Shown here in pieces: positions 31,707-55,699 of a DNA stretch of 64,000 nt. A program made the translations under genes and the position numbers. This DNA comes from Macrostomum lignano (Eukaryota), in NCBI GenBank assembly GCA_002269645.1, contig NIVC01003020.1:60871-124870 (forward strand), in the 5' to 3' direction. Below the pieces are notes generated by a model. That model was given only the letters and a program-made list of their open reading frames with translations, was not told the origin of the DNA and made no database searches. Each line of letters starts with the position of its first letter. Positions within the stretch are counted from its first letter, which is position 1.

Positions 31707-34700
31707 TCAACTGCTGGCCGCCTCGAACTGCACCAGCTCCGCATTCTTGGCCACCGTCTGGCCCTCGGCGAACAGCACTTTGGCCACGGAGCCCGCCTGC
31801 GGCGCCTTCACCACGTACTCCATCTTCATGGCAATCAGCGTGACCAGCGGCTCGCCCTCCTTCACCGCCTGTCCTGGCGACACCAGCACCTTCTCGATGA
31901 CGCCCGGCATCGGGGCGCGAACCCCGGACCCTGAGCCGGCGGCGGCGCCCGAGACTGCGCTGCGCCATTTGGGCGGCGCCACCTGGGATGGCGAAAAAAT
32001 GACAAAAATTTTATTTTTTGCTGTTTTTCTAGCAGGCACTCAAAGTGAACTTGGACAGGGCATCTGCTTGCCTACCCGGACACTATGACGCACACTCAGA
32101 GACAGAGGCGCCCACTCAGAGATAGGGGCGCCCACTCAGAGACAGGGGTGCCCACTCAGAGATAGGGGCGCAAACTCAGAGGCAATTACGCCCACTCAGA
32201 GATAGGGGCGCAAACTCAGAGGCAATTACGTCCACTCAGAGGCAATTACGCCAACTCAGAGATAGGGGTGCCCACTCAGAGGTAGGGTGCCCACTCACAG
32301 ATAGGGGTGCCCACTCACAGATAGGGGTGCCCACTCAGAGATAGGGGTGCCCACTCAGAGATAGGGGTGTCCAATCAGAGATAGGGGTGTCCACTCAGAG
32401 ATAGGGGCGCTCACTCAGAGATAGGGGTGCCCACTCAGAGATAGGGGTGTCCAATCAGAGATAGGGGTGTCCACTCAGAGATAGGGGCGCTCACTCACAG
32501 ATAGGGGTGCCCACTCAGAGATAGGGGTGCCCACTCAGAGATAGGGGTGACCACTCAGAGATAGGGGTGTCCATTCAGAGATAGGGGCGCTCACTCAGAG
32601 ATAGGGGTGCCCACTCACAGATAGGGGTGCCACTCAGAGATAGGGGTGCCCACTTAGAGATAGGGGTGTCCACTCAGAGATAGGGGTGCCCACTTAGAGA
32701 TAGGGGTGTCCACTCAGAGATAGGGGTGCCCACTTAGAGATAGGGGTGTCCACTCAGAGATAGGGGCGCTCACTCAGTGCCCACTCAGCTGCCCACTCCC
32801 AGATACAATTGAGAAGCACGCCAACAGGTAACCGAAAATGCCATGCCATTTTGGCTACAATGCAGCCTTTTCACTTCATTTAAAGTGCCCAAGCTCGAGC
32901 TCAATTCTACAGTTTCAAAAAAATCTCAATTTTATGCACTTTAGTCACCAGGATCCGATAGAACGAACTCAGATTGCATTTCTCAGCATTTTAAGTCATC
33001 CAGACCCGTAAATCTAATAATCAATTTTTAGCCAAACTTTGGGCTCCATCCTAGTGCTCAAGCCAACAAGACTTTGTTGCGCAATATTTTAGCCTACTTA
33101 AAGTAGACGGGAAGCATATTTTGCAGCGGGAAAACAAAATAAGCAAATCAGTGGAACTGAGGCGCAGCCCGCCCGCACCTGCAGCAGGTGCTGCCGGTCG
33201 CCTAAGAAGAGGCTCAGCGCCGAGCCGTCCGCCTCCAGGAACAAGTCGAAGCCGGAAAGGCGGCTCCCGCTGTCCGCCTGCGCCGCCTCCGCCTCTTCGA
33301 TGACAACCCGGCGCCGGCCCCGCTCGTCCGGCGGTAGGAGGCGGGCGCGGACCCGCAGTGCCTCGGCCTCGCCGCCGCCGTGGACAGTCAGGAGGCCGTC
33401 AGGCGAGGCCTCAACAACCAGGTGGGCATCCTTGGAGCCCGGGCCATCGCCCAGCCGGAAGTGCACCGCCTCCCTGTGCGCGTGGTTCAGCCGGAAGTCG
33501 GCCAGTCCGACGGTCGCCTGGCGGGCCGCCTGCCGACGCAGCAGGAAGAGGCCGAGGGCGGCCAGCGCCAGCTCGCGTGGGCCGGGCGGCGGCGAAGCCA
33601 GCAGGCGGTCCCGGTGCTGCTCGATGAAGCCGGTGTGCACCCGGCCGGCCGCGAACTCGGGGTGGCCGGCCAGGGCCAGCAGGAAGTCCCGGTTGGTGGG
33701 CGGGCCGCAGATCTGGTAGTCGCGCAGGGCGGCGCAGAGGCGCTGCAGGGCGGCCGGCCTGTCGGGGCCCAGACGATCAGCTTGGCGATCATCGGGTCGT
33801 AGAACACGCCGATGTCGTCGCCAGAGCGGACGCCGCTGTCGACGCGGACGGCACCAGCCTCGGCAGCCGGGGCGCAGAGGTGGCTGACGCGGCCGGCGGT
33901 GGGCAGGAAGCCGGCCGGGGTGTCCTCAGCGTAGATGCGGGCCTCGAATGCGTGCCCGCTCAGGCGGACCTGCGGCCGGCGAGAGGGTTCGGAGTGAACT
34001 GCCGGCTGAACTACCGACGGGCTACAGTCACCGCTACAGACAGCTCCATACACAGCTACATACTGGACAACAGCCAGAGCTACAAACAGCTACAGACAGC
34101 TATAGACAGCTACAGACAGCTACAGACAGCTACAGACGGCTACAGACAGCTACAGACACACCTACAGACACACCTACATACAAAGTTAATGACTCAGCTA
34201 CAGGCTGAGTCAAGCTGTTGCTACCCCGTTGCTACCCCAGCGGCCCACCTGGTCCTGACGCATGGGCAGCGGCTGGCCCTCGGCCACACGGATCTGCAGC
34301 TCCACCAAGTCGACGCCGGTGACCATCTCGGAGACGGGGTGCTCCACCTGCAGGCGGGTGTTCATCTCCATGAAGAAGAACTTCTCCTTGGCGTCCATGA
34401 TGAACTCCACCGTGCCGGCGCCGACGTAGCCGACGGCCGCAGCGGCCCGGCAGGCGGCCTCGCCCAGCTGGACGCGGGTCTCCGGCGAGATGCCTGGAGC
34501 CGGCGCTTCCTCGATGACCTTCTGGTGGCGTCGCTGGACGCTGCAGTCGCGCTCAAAGAAGTACAGGTAGTTGCCGTACTGGTCGCCGAACACCTGCACC
34601 TCCACGTGGCGAGGCTGCTCGATGCACTGCTCCAGCAGCACGTCGTCGTTGCCAAAGGATTTCAACGCCTCCCGGCGGGCGCTGTCCAGCTGGGTGTGGA

Positions 34701-37063
34701 ACTCCGCCTCGGAGCGGGCGATGCGCATCCCCTTGCCGCCGCCGCCGCGGATCGCCTGGGAGTGGGGGACAGCGGGTGGGGATTCTGGGGATCTGAGACC
34801 CAACAAACAACACAACAGACAACAACAGAGTACGCTGTCAGTTCGCAAAAGCAGCGTCAGATGGCGCGCTTCGAAGCTTGGGCGCGAACAAAGGCCGCAC
34901 CGCCAACAGAGTCCGGGGCGCCGGCGTCAGCCAGCAGACAGTCGACGTAGCGCCGAGTCCTCGCCTGTCCCCGCCGGTAGGGTGCCTGCAGCGTAAGTAG
35001 CAGCACCTCCTGCACCGGCTCCGGACAGTAGGCCTCGGCGCGGATGACGTGGCCTGCCAGCTGGAGTCGCCGACGGCGCAGCAGATCGCTAGGACGGGCC
35101 AGGCCGGCGCGATGATAGAGCGCCGTGTTGGTGACTCGCTCGTTGCCGATCTTGAAGGCGGCGCGCAGCAGGCCAGCGTGCGCCGCGTCGACTTGAGCCT
35201 CGAGCGAGTCTATCAGCGTCCAGGTCTCGGCGTTGTATAACAGGACGGTCTCGATCACCGCCTGGAACAGCGCCGCCCTCTGGCGGTCCGGTAGGGCCTC
35301 GGACTGCAGGACTGACCTTATAGAACGAAAGGCAGCCCAGGCAAGTCCTCGGCGACGCCGCAGATCCTCGCGGACGTCGGGAACCAGACCGCCGAGGTAG
35401 ACGAACTGCTGACATCTTGGAAGCTCTTTCGCCTGTCCGTCAACGCCTCGGCAGAAGATTGCAGCCTCGGTGTCGTCCGGCACGCATAGCACGACGGTCT
35501 TCTGCGTGTTGACCACCAGGCCGACGTTCGCCGCAACGGAAACCAGCCTATCCAGCTGTCGTTGGGCGCCCTCGACGGTCGAGGACAGCAGGGCGAGACC
35601 CAAGAATAGATAATGGCGGGGATTCTGGGGATTTTGGGGATCTGAGACCCAAGAATAGATAATGGCGGGGATTCTGGGGATTTTGGGGATCTGAGACCCA
35701 ATAATAGATAATGGCGGGGATTCTGGGGATCTGAGACCCAGGAGTGGATGAGGGCGAGATTCTGGGGATCTGAGGATCTGAGACCCAAGAGTGGATGAGG
35801 GCGGGATTCTGGGGATTCGAGGGATCTGAGACCCAAGAATAGATAATGGCGGGGATTCTGGGGATTCTGGGGATCTGAGGATCTGAGACCCAAGAGTGGA
35901 TGAGGGCGGGATTCTGGGGATTCGAGGGATCTGAGACCCAAGAATAGATAATGGCGGGGATTCTGGGGATTCTGGGGATTCTGGGGATTCTGGGGATCTG
36001 AGACCCAAGAGTGGATGAGGGCGGGATTCTGGGGATTCTGGGGATTCTGGGGATCTGAGACCCAAGAGTGGATGAGGGCGGGATTCTGGGGATTCTGGGG
36101 ATCTGAGGATCTGAGACCCAAGAGTGGATGAGGGCGGGATTCTGGGGATTCTGGGGATCTGAGACCCAAGAGTGGATGAGGGCGGGATTCTGGGGATTCT
36201 GGGGATCTGAGGATCTGAGACCCAAGAGTGGATGAGGGCGGGATTCTGGGGATTCTGGGGATCTGAGACCCAAGAGTGGATGAGGGCGGGATTCTGGGGA
36301 TTCTGGGGATCTGAGGATCTGAGACCCAAGAGTGGATGAGGGCGGGATTCTGGGGATTCTGGGGATCTGAGACCCAAGAGTGGATGAGGGCGGGATTCTG
36401 GGGATTCTGGGGATCTGAGGATCTGAGACCCAAGAGTGGATGAGGGCGGGATTCTGTGGATTCTAGGGATCTGAGACCCAAGGATAGATAATGGCAGGGG
36501 TTTCTGGGAATTCTGGGGATCTGAGACCCAAGAGTGGATGAGGACAGGATTCTGGGGATCTGAACCGGCCGCACCTTGATCATGACCGGGAAGCCGATCT
36601 TCCTGGCCTGTTCCAGCAGAAACTGCGGCTCCTGGTTGTTGCCATGGTAACCGGCGATGACCGGCACGCCGGCCCGCTCCATGATCTCCTTGGAGGTGTT
36701 TTTAATGCCCATGTCGCGGATGGCGTTGGCTGGCGGCCCGATGAAGGTGACGCCGCTGCTGGCGCAGAGCTCGGCAAACTCGGTGTTCTCGGACAGGAAG
36801 CCGTAGCCGGGGTGGATGGCCTGGGCGCCGGACCGCTTGGCCACGTCGATGAGGCGGTCGGCCCGCAGGTAGCTCTGGCTGGCGGGCGCGGGGCCGATGC
36901 GGAAGGCCTCGCTGGCCAGGCGGACGTGCAGGGCGTTCCGGTCCGCGTCGCTGTAGACGGAGACGGTCTCGATGCCCAGGCGCTGGGCGGTGCGGATCAC
37001 CCGGCAGGCGATCTCGCCGCGGTTCGCCACCAGCAGCTTCGAGATGCGAGCGGTGGACGGCAT
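31707..37063 (-). CDS. MCCC1: Methylcrotonoyl-CoA carboxylase alpha (biotin) subunit; exons 37063-36575, 34755-34249, 33969-33179, 31982-31707; one-base frameshift near 33768; N-terminus unresolved
   Basis: [71 protein letters not shown], biotinyl AMKM; GT-AG phase 0 junctions. Confidence 0.92.
32086..32790. repeat. 20-bp minisatellite ACTCAGAGATAGGGGTGCCC in MCCC1 intron 3
   Basis: About 34 tandem copies. Confidence 0.95.
34020..34205. repeat. 10-bp repeat GCTACAGACA in MCCC1 intron 2
   Basis: Direct tandem copies, degenerate at the edges. Confidence 0.85.
34804..35594 (-). mobile_element. 5'-truncated RTE-like non-LTR retrotransposon in MCCC1 intron 1
   Basis: Open C-terminal RT frame ([32 protein letters not shown]; stop at 34857), GTTGT-type 3' tail, 9-bp TSD GAGACCCAA at 34795-34803 and 35595-35603. 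Confidence 0.9.
35595..36565. repeat. Compound minisatellite (GAGACCCAAGAGTGGATGAGGGCGGGATTCTGGGGATTCTGGGGATCT) in MCCC1 intron 1
   Basis: Variable-length units with a 10-bp ATTCTGGGG-type subrepeat. Confidence 0.95.
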
Positions 37064-37151
37064 CGCATAGTGGAGAGGGGGCGTTCGAGGGAACGCTACT
37101 TTAAGTAGTGCAGCAGTGTTTTTTTTTAATTCGATTTCCATTAAATGCCCT

Positions 37152-38475
37152 TCGTCTACTGGCACGGGAGTCTGTCAAATGGCACGGGAGTCTGTCAAAT
37201 GGCACGGGAGTCTGTCTAATGACACGGGAGTCTGTCAAATGGCACGGGAGTCTGTCTGATGACACGGGAGTCTGTCTAATGGCACGGGAGTCTGTCAAAT
37301 GGCACGGGAGTCTGTCTAATGACACGGGAGTCTGTCTAATGGCATGGGAGTCTGTCAAATGGCACGGGAGTCTGTCTAATGACACAGGAGTCTGTCTAAT
37401 GACACAGGAGTCTGTCTAATGACACGGGAGTCTGTCTAATGACACGGGAGTCTGTCAAATGGCACGGGAGTCTGTCTAATGACACAGGAGTCTGTCAAAT
37501 GGCACGGGAGTCTGTCAAATGGCACGGGAGTCTGTCAAATGGCACGGGAGTCTGTCTAATGACACGGGAGTCTGTCTAATGACACGGGAGTCTGTCTAAT
37601 GACACGGGAGTCTGTCAAATGGCACGGGAGTCTGTCAAATGGCACGGGAGTCTGTCTAATGACACGGGAGTCTGTCAAATGGCACGGGAGTCTGTCAAAT
37701 GGCACGGGAGTCTGTCAAATGGCACGGGAGTCTGTCAAATGGCACGGGAGTCTGTCTAATGACACGGGAGTCTATCTAATGACATGGGAGTCTGTCTAAC
37801 GACACGGGAGTCTGTCTAATGACACGGGAGTCTGTCGAACGACACAGGAGTCTGTCTAATGACATGGGAGTCTGTCTAATGACATGGGAGTCTGTCTAAT
37901 GACATGGGAGTCTGTCGAACGACACAGGAGTCTGTCTAATGACATGGGAGTCTGTCGAACGACACAGGAGTCTGTCTAATGACATGGGAGTCTGTCTAAT
38001 GACATGGGAGTCTGTCGAACGACACAGGAGTCTGTCTAATGACATGGGAGTCTGTCTAATGACATGGGAGTCTGTCGAACGACACGGGAGTCTGTCTGAT
38101 GACACGGGAGTCTGTCTAATGACACAGGAGTCTGTCTAATGACACGGGAGTCTGTCTAATGACACGGGAGTCTGTCTGATGACGCGGAAGTCTGTCTGAT
38201 GGCACAAAGTTTGTCAAATGGCACGGGAGTCCGTCTAACGACATGGGAGTCTGTCTAATTGCATGGGAGTCTGTCTAATGGCACGGGAGTCTGTCTAATT
38301 GCATGGGAGTCTGTCTAATGACACGGGAGTCTGTCTAATGAAACGGGAGTCTGTCTAATGGCATGGGAGTCTGTCTAATGGCACGGGAGTCTGTCTAATT
38401 GCATGGGAGTCTGTCTAATGACACGGGAGTCTGTCTAATGACACAGGAGTCTGTCTAATAGCACGGGAGTCTATT
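37152..38475. repeat. 20-bp minisatellite ATG(G/A)CACGGGAGTCTGTC(A/T)A
   Basis: About 65 tandem copies between MROH1 and MCCC1. Confidence 0.97.
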
Positions 38476-38528
38476 TACTGGCAAAAAGGAGTTAAAATCA
38501 CACACAGACAATGAAAACAATCAAATAT

Positions 38529-38534
38529 TTTATT
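38529..38534 (-). terminator. Candidate polyadenylation signal of MROH1
   Basis: First minus-strand AATAAA I found after the MROH1 stop, followed by a GT/T-rich stretch (TTGTTTTCATTGTCTGTGTGTG). Confidence 0.45.
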
Positions 38535-39209
38535 TAAATACCAGAATTAATCAAAGTCTTTAGTGATGGCGTGTTGCTTAATCTGCAAAATGTTCACAAT
38601 GGATTTGTAAAAAATAGCATTCAGGAATCATCACACAACAGTCGTTTTGGAGAACCTCCTACTCTGTGCTTCCGTTCAACCGCACGCCGCATCGAAAGGA
38701 ATAATGGAGTTATTGAGATAAAACCGTAGTCTAGAATATGCGCGAATAATACTACTTAAAATATCCGCAATCATCAGTAGCAAAATACAAAAGCTACAAG
38801 CGTGAATTGTTGCAAGTTATAAAAACTCTACTGAATAACAAAGTCCGAAGTATTGAACAGAATGGATTCTGGGTTTTTAAGAAAGTGCAAATCTTGAAAA
38901 CATGGCGATCTCGAGAGAAGTATTGGTAATTAAGCCAGGCACATAGGAAGTAAACAAATAGAAATTGGAAATCAACAATTGCAAATTTAATGGGAAATCG
39001 ATGCAATCAAGTAGCAAAACTGTCCGCCTGAAATGGCAATGAGAGCATTGCTGAATCAGTGCTGACACGCATACGCGCTACTAATAGTAGCTTGCCAGCG
39101 CGCTGCGAATTCTAACTCTGGGGCAAGCTGCAAAATCCTGGGATTAGGAAGGATTGGGGAAATTTGGTCTCAGGCAATGCCAATGCGGCCAACAAAGACC
39201 TACGATAAG

Positions 39210-39515
39210 AGGGGCTAGTGAGGCCAACAATCACCTAAAATAAGTGGGGATAGTGAGGCCAACAAAGACCTATTATAAGAGAGTCAGTGCGGCCAACAAA
39301 GACCTACAATAACAGGGTAGTGCGGCCAACAAAGACCTACAATAAGAGGGGTCACTGAGGCCAACAAAGACCTACAATAGCAGGGGTAGTGTGGCCAACA
39401 AAGACCTCCAATAAGAGGGTAGTGCGGCCAACAAAGACCTACAATAAGAGGGGTCACTGAGGCCAACAAAGACCTACAATAGCAGGGGTAGTGCAGCCAA
39501 CAAAGACCTACAATA
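39210..39515. repeat. Approximately 37-bp degenerate tandem repeat (GGCCAACAAAGACCTACAATA...)
   Basis: About 8 copies downstream of the MROH1 stop. Confidence 0.85.
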
Positions 39516-39644
39516 AAAACGAATAGGATACTCGTAGCGCTGGACAAAAATGAATCAGCCCAATTTTTTCACTGGTTTAGCAATTTGTTCATAAAATTAA
39601 CGGCATTTGCCAGTCAGATCCCAGTTACATCCCAGACTGCCAGC

Positions 39645-50970
<11,326 letters not shown>

Positions 50971-53129
50971 GGCACCATGCAATTACATGGATAAATAGCA
51001 TTTTAGCTGAAAGTAGTATTTTACAAAAACTTTAAATATTGACACCCAAATTATGTTTGGGCATTATTTGGGTATAACATGAGTGCAAGCACATTTTCCA
51101 TGTATATAAATTCATAGATTGATTCTTTAATGCTATTTTTTATTGCAGAAGCCATTTATTGCTATATTTGTCTAACAATGACTATATATGATATTTTTTC
51201 TTATCTACCTTATTTCAATTATGATCTTTAGGTCTTTCAGTTTTTTGTTAAATTAATCTACTGAAATTATAAATATATATTATATAATAGATTCACTTCC
51301 TTTAAGGTATTAATATTATATAGGTTTATTTGCAACCAGATTTTTAATTATTTTATCCAATATCTGAAGCTTTATTCTTGACATGGTCCTATATATAATT
51401 ATTAATATTACATTCTTAGTGTTCTTACTTAAACTTAACTATATGTTTTTTTCTTTCAACTCCTTTTTAAATGACTTTTGAGCCTAAATTAGACTAGCAA
51501 TATAGTCTACCATGGTTAAAAAATCAATAAAACATACTACATAGCATTATGTTACACTTATAAAAAAGATTACTATAGAGAGCACCATAATAAAATAATG
51601 TACAAATTTATAATAAGCAAAAACTTATATTATTTATATAAATTTCTATGTTTGCTATATTTTAGTATAATGAATATTCAAGCAAAATCTATTATTTTCA
51701 ATATAGACTTCCAATATATTGATTTTATAAAATCCATTATTATTAACTTCAATACTTAACTATTATAGTTAAATAATTACTTACTGATCTAAGTTCTGAA
51801 TCCCAATTTAGAGTTATATGTAATTTAGAGTAAATTAGAGTTTTTTTATAAAAACTAAAGAAAAAGTATAATTAATACTAATAAACAATATTTAATACTA
51901 TCCCAAATGATAAATAAATACAAAATTTATTTATCATTTGGGATTTGTGTTAAATCATTAGTACAATTAGAGAATTGTTGAGGGGGCAGCTTTGGAAAGT
52001 AGGCTAAAGACCAAAAAGGGATTAGATAAGATATATATTTTTGGAAATTTTGGGAAAATGCATCTGGTCCTACTTTTTATTTTTAGGTCTCTGCCAAAGG
52101 ACTACCCCCTTGGGTGCACTTTTGGTTGAAAAGAATAAAAATTTCTTTGCAAATTTACATAAAATTTATAAAAAGTTAAAACAATAATAACATTGTTTAT
52201 TTAAAGTTATCAATGGTTTAAAATGGTTCTCTGTGGAATCCTTATGCTAAACTTCACCTTTATCAATTAGCTAGAAAGTTTTTATTTGGAGCCACAAGTC
52301 ACTAAAACTTTGTTATTTATTTTTATTAGTGCTAACTCACTGACTGAATAGGCCTGCCTGCCTACAACTACAATACAACAATGAAAAATAGAAATTAGAT
52401 AAATCAAATGAGATACAGCTACAGTCTGAAAATACAAAAGGTAGTCCTAAAAATAGTTGAGTTTAAATATACAGAACAAAAAAAGTAAATCTATTTTGTC
52501 TACTTTCTTCTTATTTCCTGCGGTAAACATAAAAGCAAATTGTGTCAAACGATGGGAAATGGGACACACTAAAATTGACCTCTGTGGTATTTCCCGGAAA
52601 AAGCTATGATTAAAAAATAGAAAGACATTCAGAAAAACAAATCTAAAGTTATTTTGAGATCGAAAAAATAGTAAAGTTTTAGGCGGCGTCGTCAGCACTC
52701 TAGCTGACAGAGCGATAATTAGAACCTTGGGAGTGGGCAAACTTAGATTTTAATAATAGCCTGGAGACCGAAGCTCAACGGGGTACCGATAGGTGGGCTT
52801 ACAGGGCTGATGCTTTTTGCTTTTTCTTTTTCCTGAAGAAAATAGTGACCAGAATTTCTTTTTGAAAAAATTTCAACTGTTGTTAAGTCCCCAGCGAGAC
52901 CGCGTCGTGGTGTACCGAGAACTCCCCATATCTCGGCGCTTAGCTGGTAATTATCAACCTCAATTGCCATCATGTCTCCTACAGAACCAGGCCTGGTGTG
53001 CACCTTCCCAGAAACGTCTTCAAGTCAGCTTTTAGAGACTATCTGAAGGTGCACCCGATCCGATCCTTCCTGTAACGATGAAGGAAAGCTAGCTGTGCCG
53101 CCGACAAACACACGCGAGAGCAGCGGAGC

Positions 53130-53340
53130 CCGCGGACGCGCTCTACCGATCGCTGCTGCGCTACGCGCTTAGCGTGTACTAACTGGAGCGCCTGCCGACA
53201 AACGCTCTGAAGACATGCACTGGAGCTCCGCCCCTGAGAAGTACACTTCACCAGGGCCGTCGGATGCTGCTGGGCTGCACTTCCTACGGACCCTGTGCCG
53301 CGGTGCGCGGCCGTCCCTCTGGCCCTGATGCACCGGCCGA
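53130..53340 (+). mobile_element. Degenerate RTE-like retrotransposon fragment
   Basis: ALYRSLLRYALSVY*LERLPTNAL..GAPPLRSTLHQGRRMLLG resembles the C-terminal RT region of the element at 34804-35594. Confidence 0.5.
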
Positions 53341-53754
53341 CCGAGCAACTGCATGCGCCGCGGCCAGATCTGCACTGTCACTCTTACTGAATCGCCTATC
53401 GCTGACTTGCAGGCAGGCGCTTGCGCGGAACCCTATAGCTAAGCGTCCTTAATTATATATAATTATTATATTATATCCTTGGGGAGGAAGATTGTGACTA
53501 TACTCTAAGTGACAAAAGTAGGTTTAGTTTAGTTTCCATATATTTGGTACTTGTATTCCTATTCGGGTTAATTCGTATTTTTCAAGACTGGCTTTTCAAC
53601 ACATTTGTTTACACATAATTAGAATGGTCATTATTAATTGATCTCACTATAAGTGACCGTATAGTTAATGAGCTGAGCTACAAGTATGCATATGCATATT
53701 TATTTACAAGTACTGTATATTACATACTGGATAGCTTCTTGTAAGATATTGACC

Positions 53755-53860
53755 AGACTGCGCTGCCGCAGGGCAGGGTTGTTCCAGGCGGTGGTCGAGG
53801 CAGTTCTACTGAAAAACGTCGAAACTTACAGGCCCTGGACTTTGTCATCGGTGCGGCCTT
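53755..53860 (+). mobile_element. Degenerate RTE-like retrotransposon fragment
   Basis: RRAGLFQAVVEAVLLKNVET..WTL matches [23 protein letters not shown] of the 34804-35594 element. Confidence 0.6.
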
Positions 53861-54013
53861 CATCGGTGCGGCCATGTAGTTCATTTTCCCGCGTTCCCAG
53901 AAGCCATGAATAGCAGTAAATGTGCATTAAATTGCATGTGTAGACACTCGATGCATAATTCTTATGCAAATGGATTCAAGAGCTGATTTAATCGGACTTT
54001 CGGTGACCCCACT

Positions 54014-54525
54014 GCACTACCGACCAGATCGAGAAGCTCAATAACACTTCGGTAACCCCATTACACTACCGATCAGAAGCTCAATAACACTTCGGCGACC
54101 CCATTGCGCTACCGATTAGAAGCTCAATAACACTTCGGTAACCCCATTACACTACCGATCAGAAGCTCAATAACACTTCGGTAACCCCATTACACTACCG
54201 ATCAGAAGCTCAATAACACTTCGGCGACCCCATTGCACTACCGATCAGAAGCTCAATAAGACTTCGGTGATCCCATCGCACTACCGATCAGAAGCTCAAT
54301 AAGACTTCGGCGACCCCATTGCACTACCGATCAGAAGCTCAATAACACTTCTGCGACCCCATTGCACTACCGATCAGAAGCTCAATAACACTTCTGCGAC
54401 CCCATTGCACTACCGATCAGAAGCTCAATAACACTTCTGCGACCCCATTGCACTACCGATCAGAAGCTCAATAACACTTCTGCGACCCCATTGCACTACC
54501 GATCAGAAGCTCAATAACACTTCGA
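54014..54525. repeat. 43-bp minisatellite CACTACCGATCAGAAGCTCAATAACACTTC...
   Basis: About 12 head-to-tail copies, no unique spacers. Confidence 0.95.
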
Positions 54526-54711
54526 CACTTATTTGCATTAATAACAAGACTGCAGTTTGCCAACAGTTCACAGTTTGTAACATTTATTTGCTGACTGCAC
54601 GGAACGGGTGGTTGTTAAACACGTTGGCAGGTGTCAGGGAATCAGCAGTTCAATTCTCTGCGCTGAGTCTGCCGATGCGTTGCGCTGCCCACCGAGGCGC
54701 CTGAGTCGTTT

Positions 54712-55699
54712 TCAGTCGGTCTTCCTCCTGTCAGCGCGAAACCTAGCTGCAAATGAAGCAAGTAAAATTGACTGACTGCCTGACTGACTGACTGACTGAC
54801 TGACTGACTGACTGACTGACTGACTGACTGACTGACTGACTGACTGACTGACTGACTGACTGACTGACTGACTGACTGACTGACTGACTGACTGACTGAC
54901 TGACTGACTGACTGACTGACTGACTGACTGACTGACTGACTGACTGACTGACTGACTGAAATTTTCGCTAAATAGACGAGCAAAATGCTAATCACTAATT
55001 GTTCCTATGCACTGGGTCTGCCAAGAAAGCAAATTAATTCCACTCAGCAGCATCTGATAATATGGGTTTTAACAGTTTGCAGGTAAAAACACTTCTCACT
55101 CAATTTTGAATCCGTTAACAGGTGGATTCAATTAGTGTGCTTGGAACCACTTTATGATAAGAGTGTAAGTGCTCATATCAGGATATATAGGGGCTGGAAT
55201 CAGGGGCAACTGCTGTTCAGGATAAGCATCGGCAGATGAGCTCATCAAGCATGAATTTATTGATTTTTAAGGCATTTTTTACGAAGCGCTGTAGAGCCGA
55301 TCCTCTTCAGAAGCGATAGGCCTAAATTGGAAATTCGCAAGCTCTCACAGGACAGCCTGATGGGGATCTACGGGCCACAAAGCTCACTCTGCTTATTGAT
55401 GGCTTTTGTCTACCAAGCAGAAAAAATTGATCGAAATTCATAGAAAGTGAGTTATCAAAATTACCTCCACGACCTCGCTTCACTCCCGGGTACCAGCTGC
55501 TGCGGAAGAAGACGCTCTGTCGATGCCCACCGCCAGCCTTGTGCGGCACCGTCGCGTCCGCCTCCTCCTGCTGGCAGCCGGCGCCCCAGCCGAGGCAGGG
55601 CCAGAACAGAAAGCGCTTGCCGACTGGGGAGGCCGACACCGAGGCCTGGGCCGCCAGCAGCGCGAGGGCGACAGCGAAGAGTGAGAGGAGTCGCAGCAT
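54712..55699 (-). CDS. Secreted neuropeptide-like precursor, predicted exons 55699-55465 and 54746-54712 (89 aa)
   Basis: Signal-peptide-like MLRLLSLFAVALALLAAQASVSA, KR dibasic sites, CLGWGAGC; donor G/GTAATT and acceptor TTTGCAG give an in-phase ARFRADRRKTD* end; exon 2 is tentative. Confidence 0.65.
54778..54958. repeat. (TGAC)n microsatellite
   Basis: About 45 near-perfect units inside the predicted peptide-gene intron. Confidence 0.98.

Noticed and set aside
34857-37165. 506-aa and 615-aa ORFs in the track as real proteins
   Set aside because: Chimeras of MCCC1 exon 1, minisatellite read-through and the RTE fragment
54014-54525. 43-bp repeat array as a CRISPR array
   Set aside because: Units are head-to-tail with no unique spacers, there are no cas genes, and the context is eukaryotic
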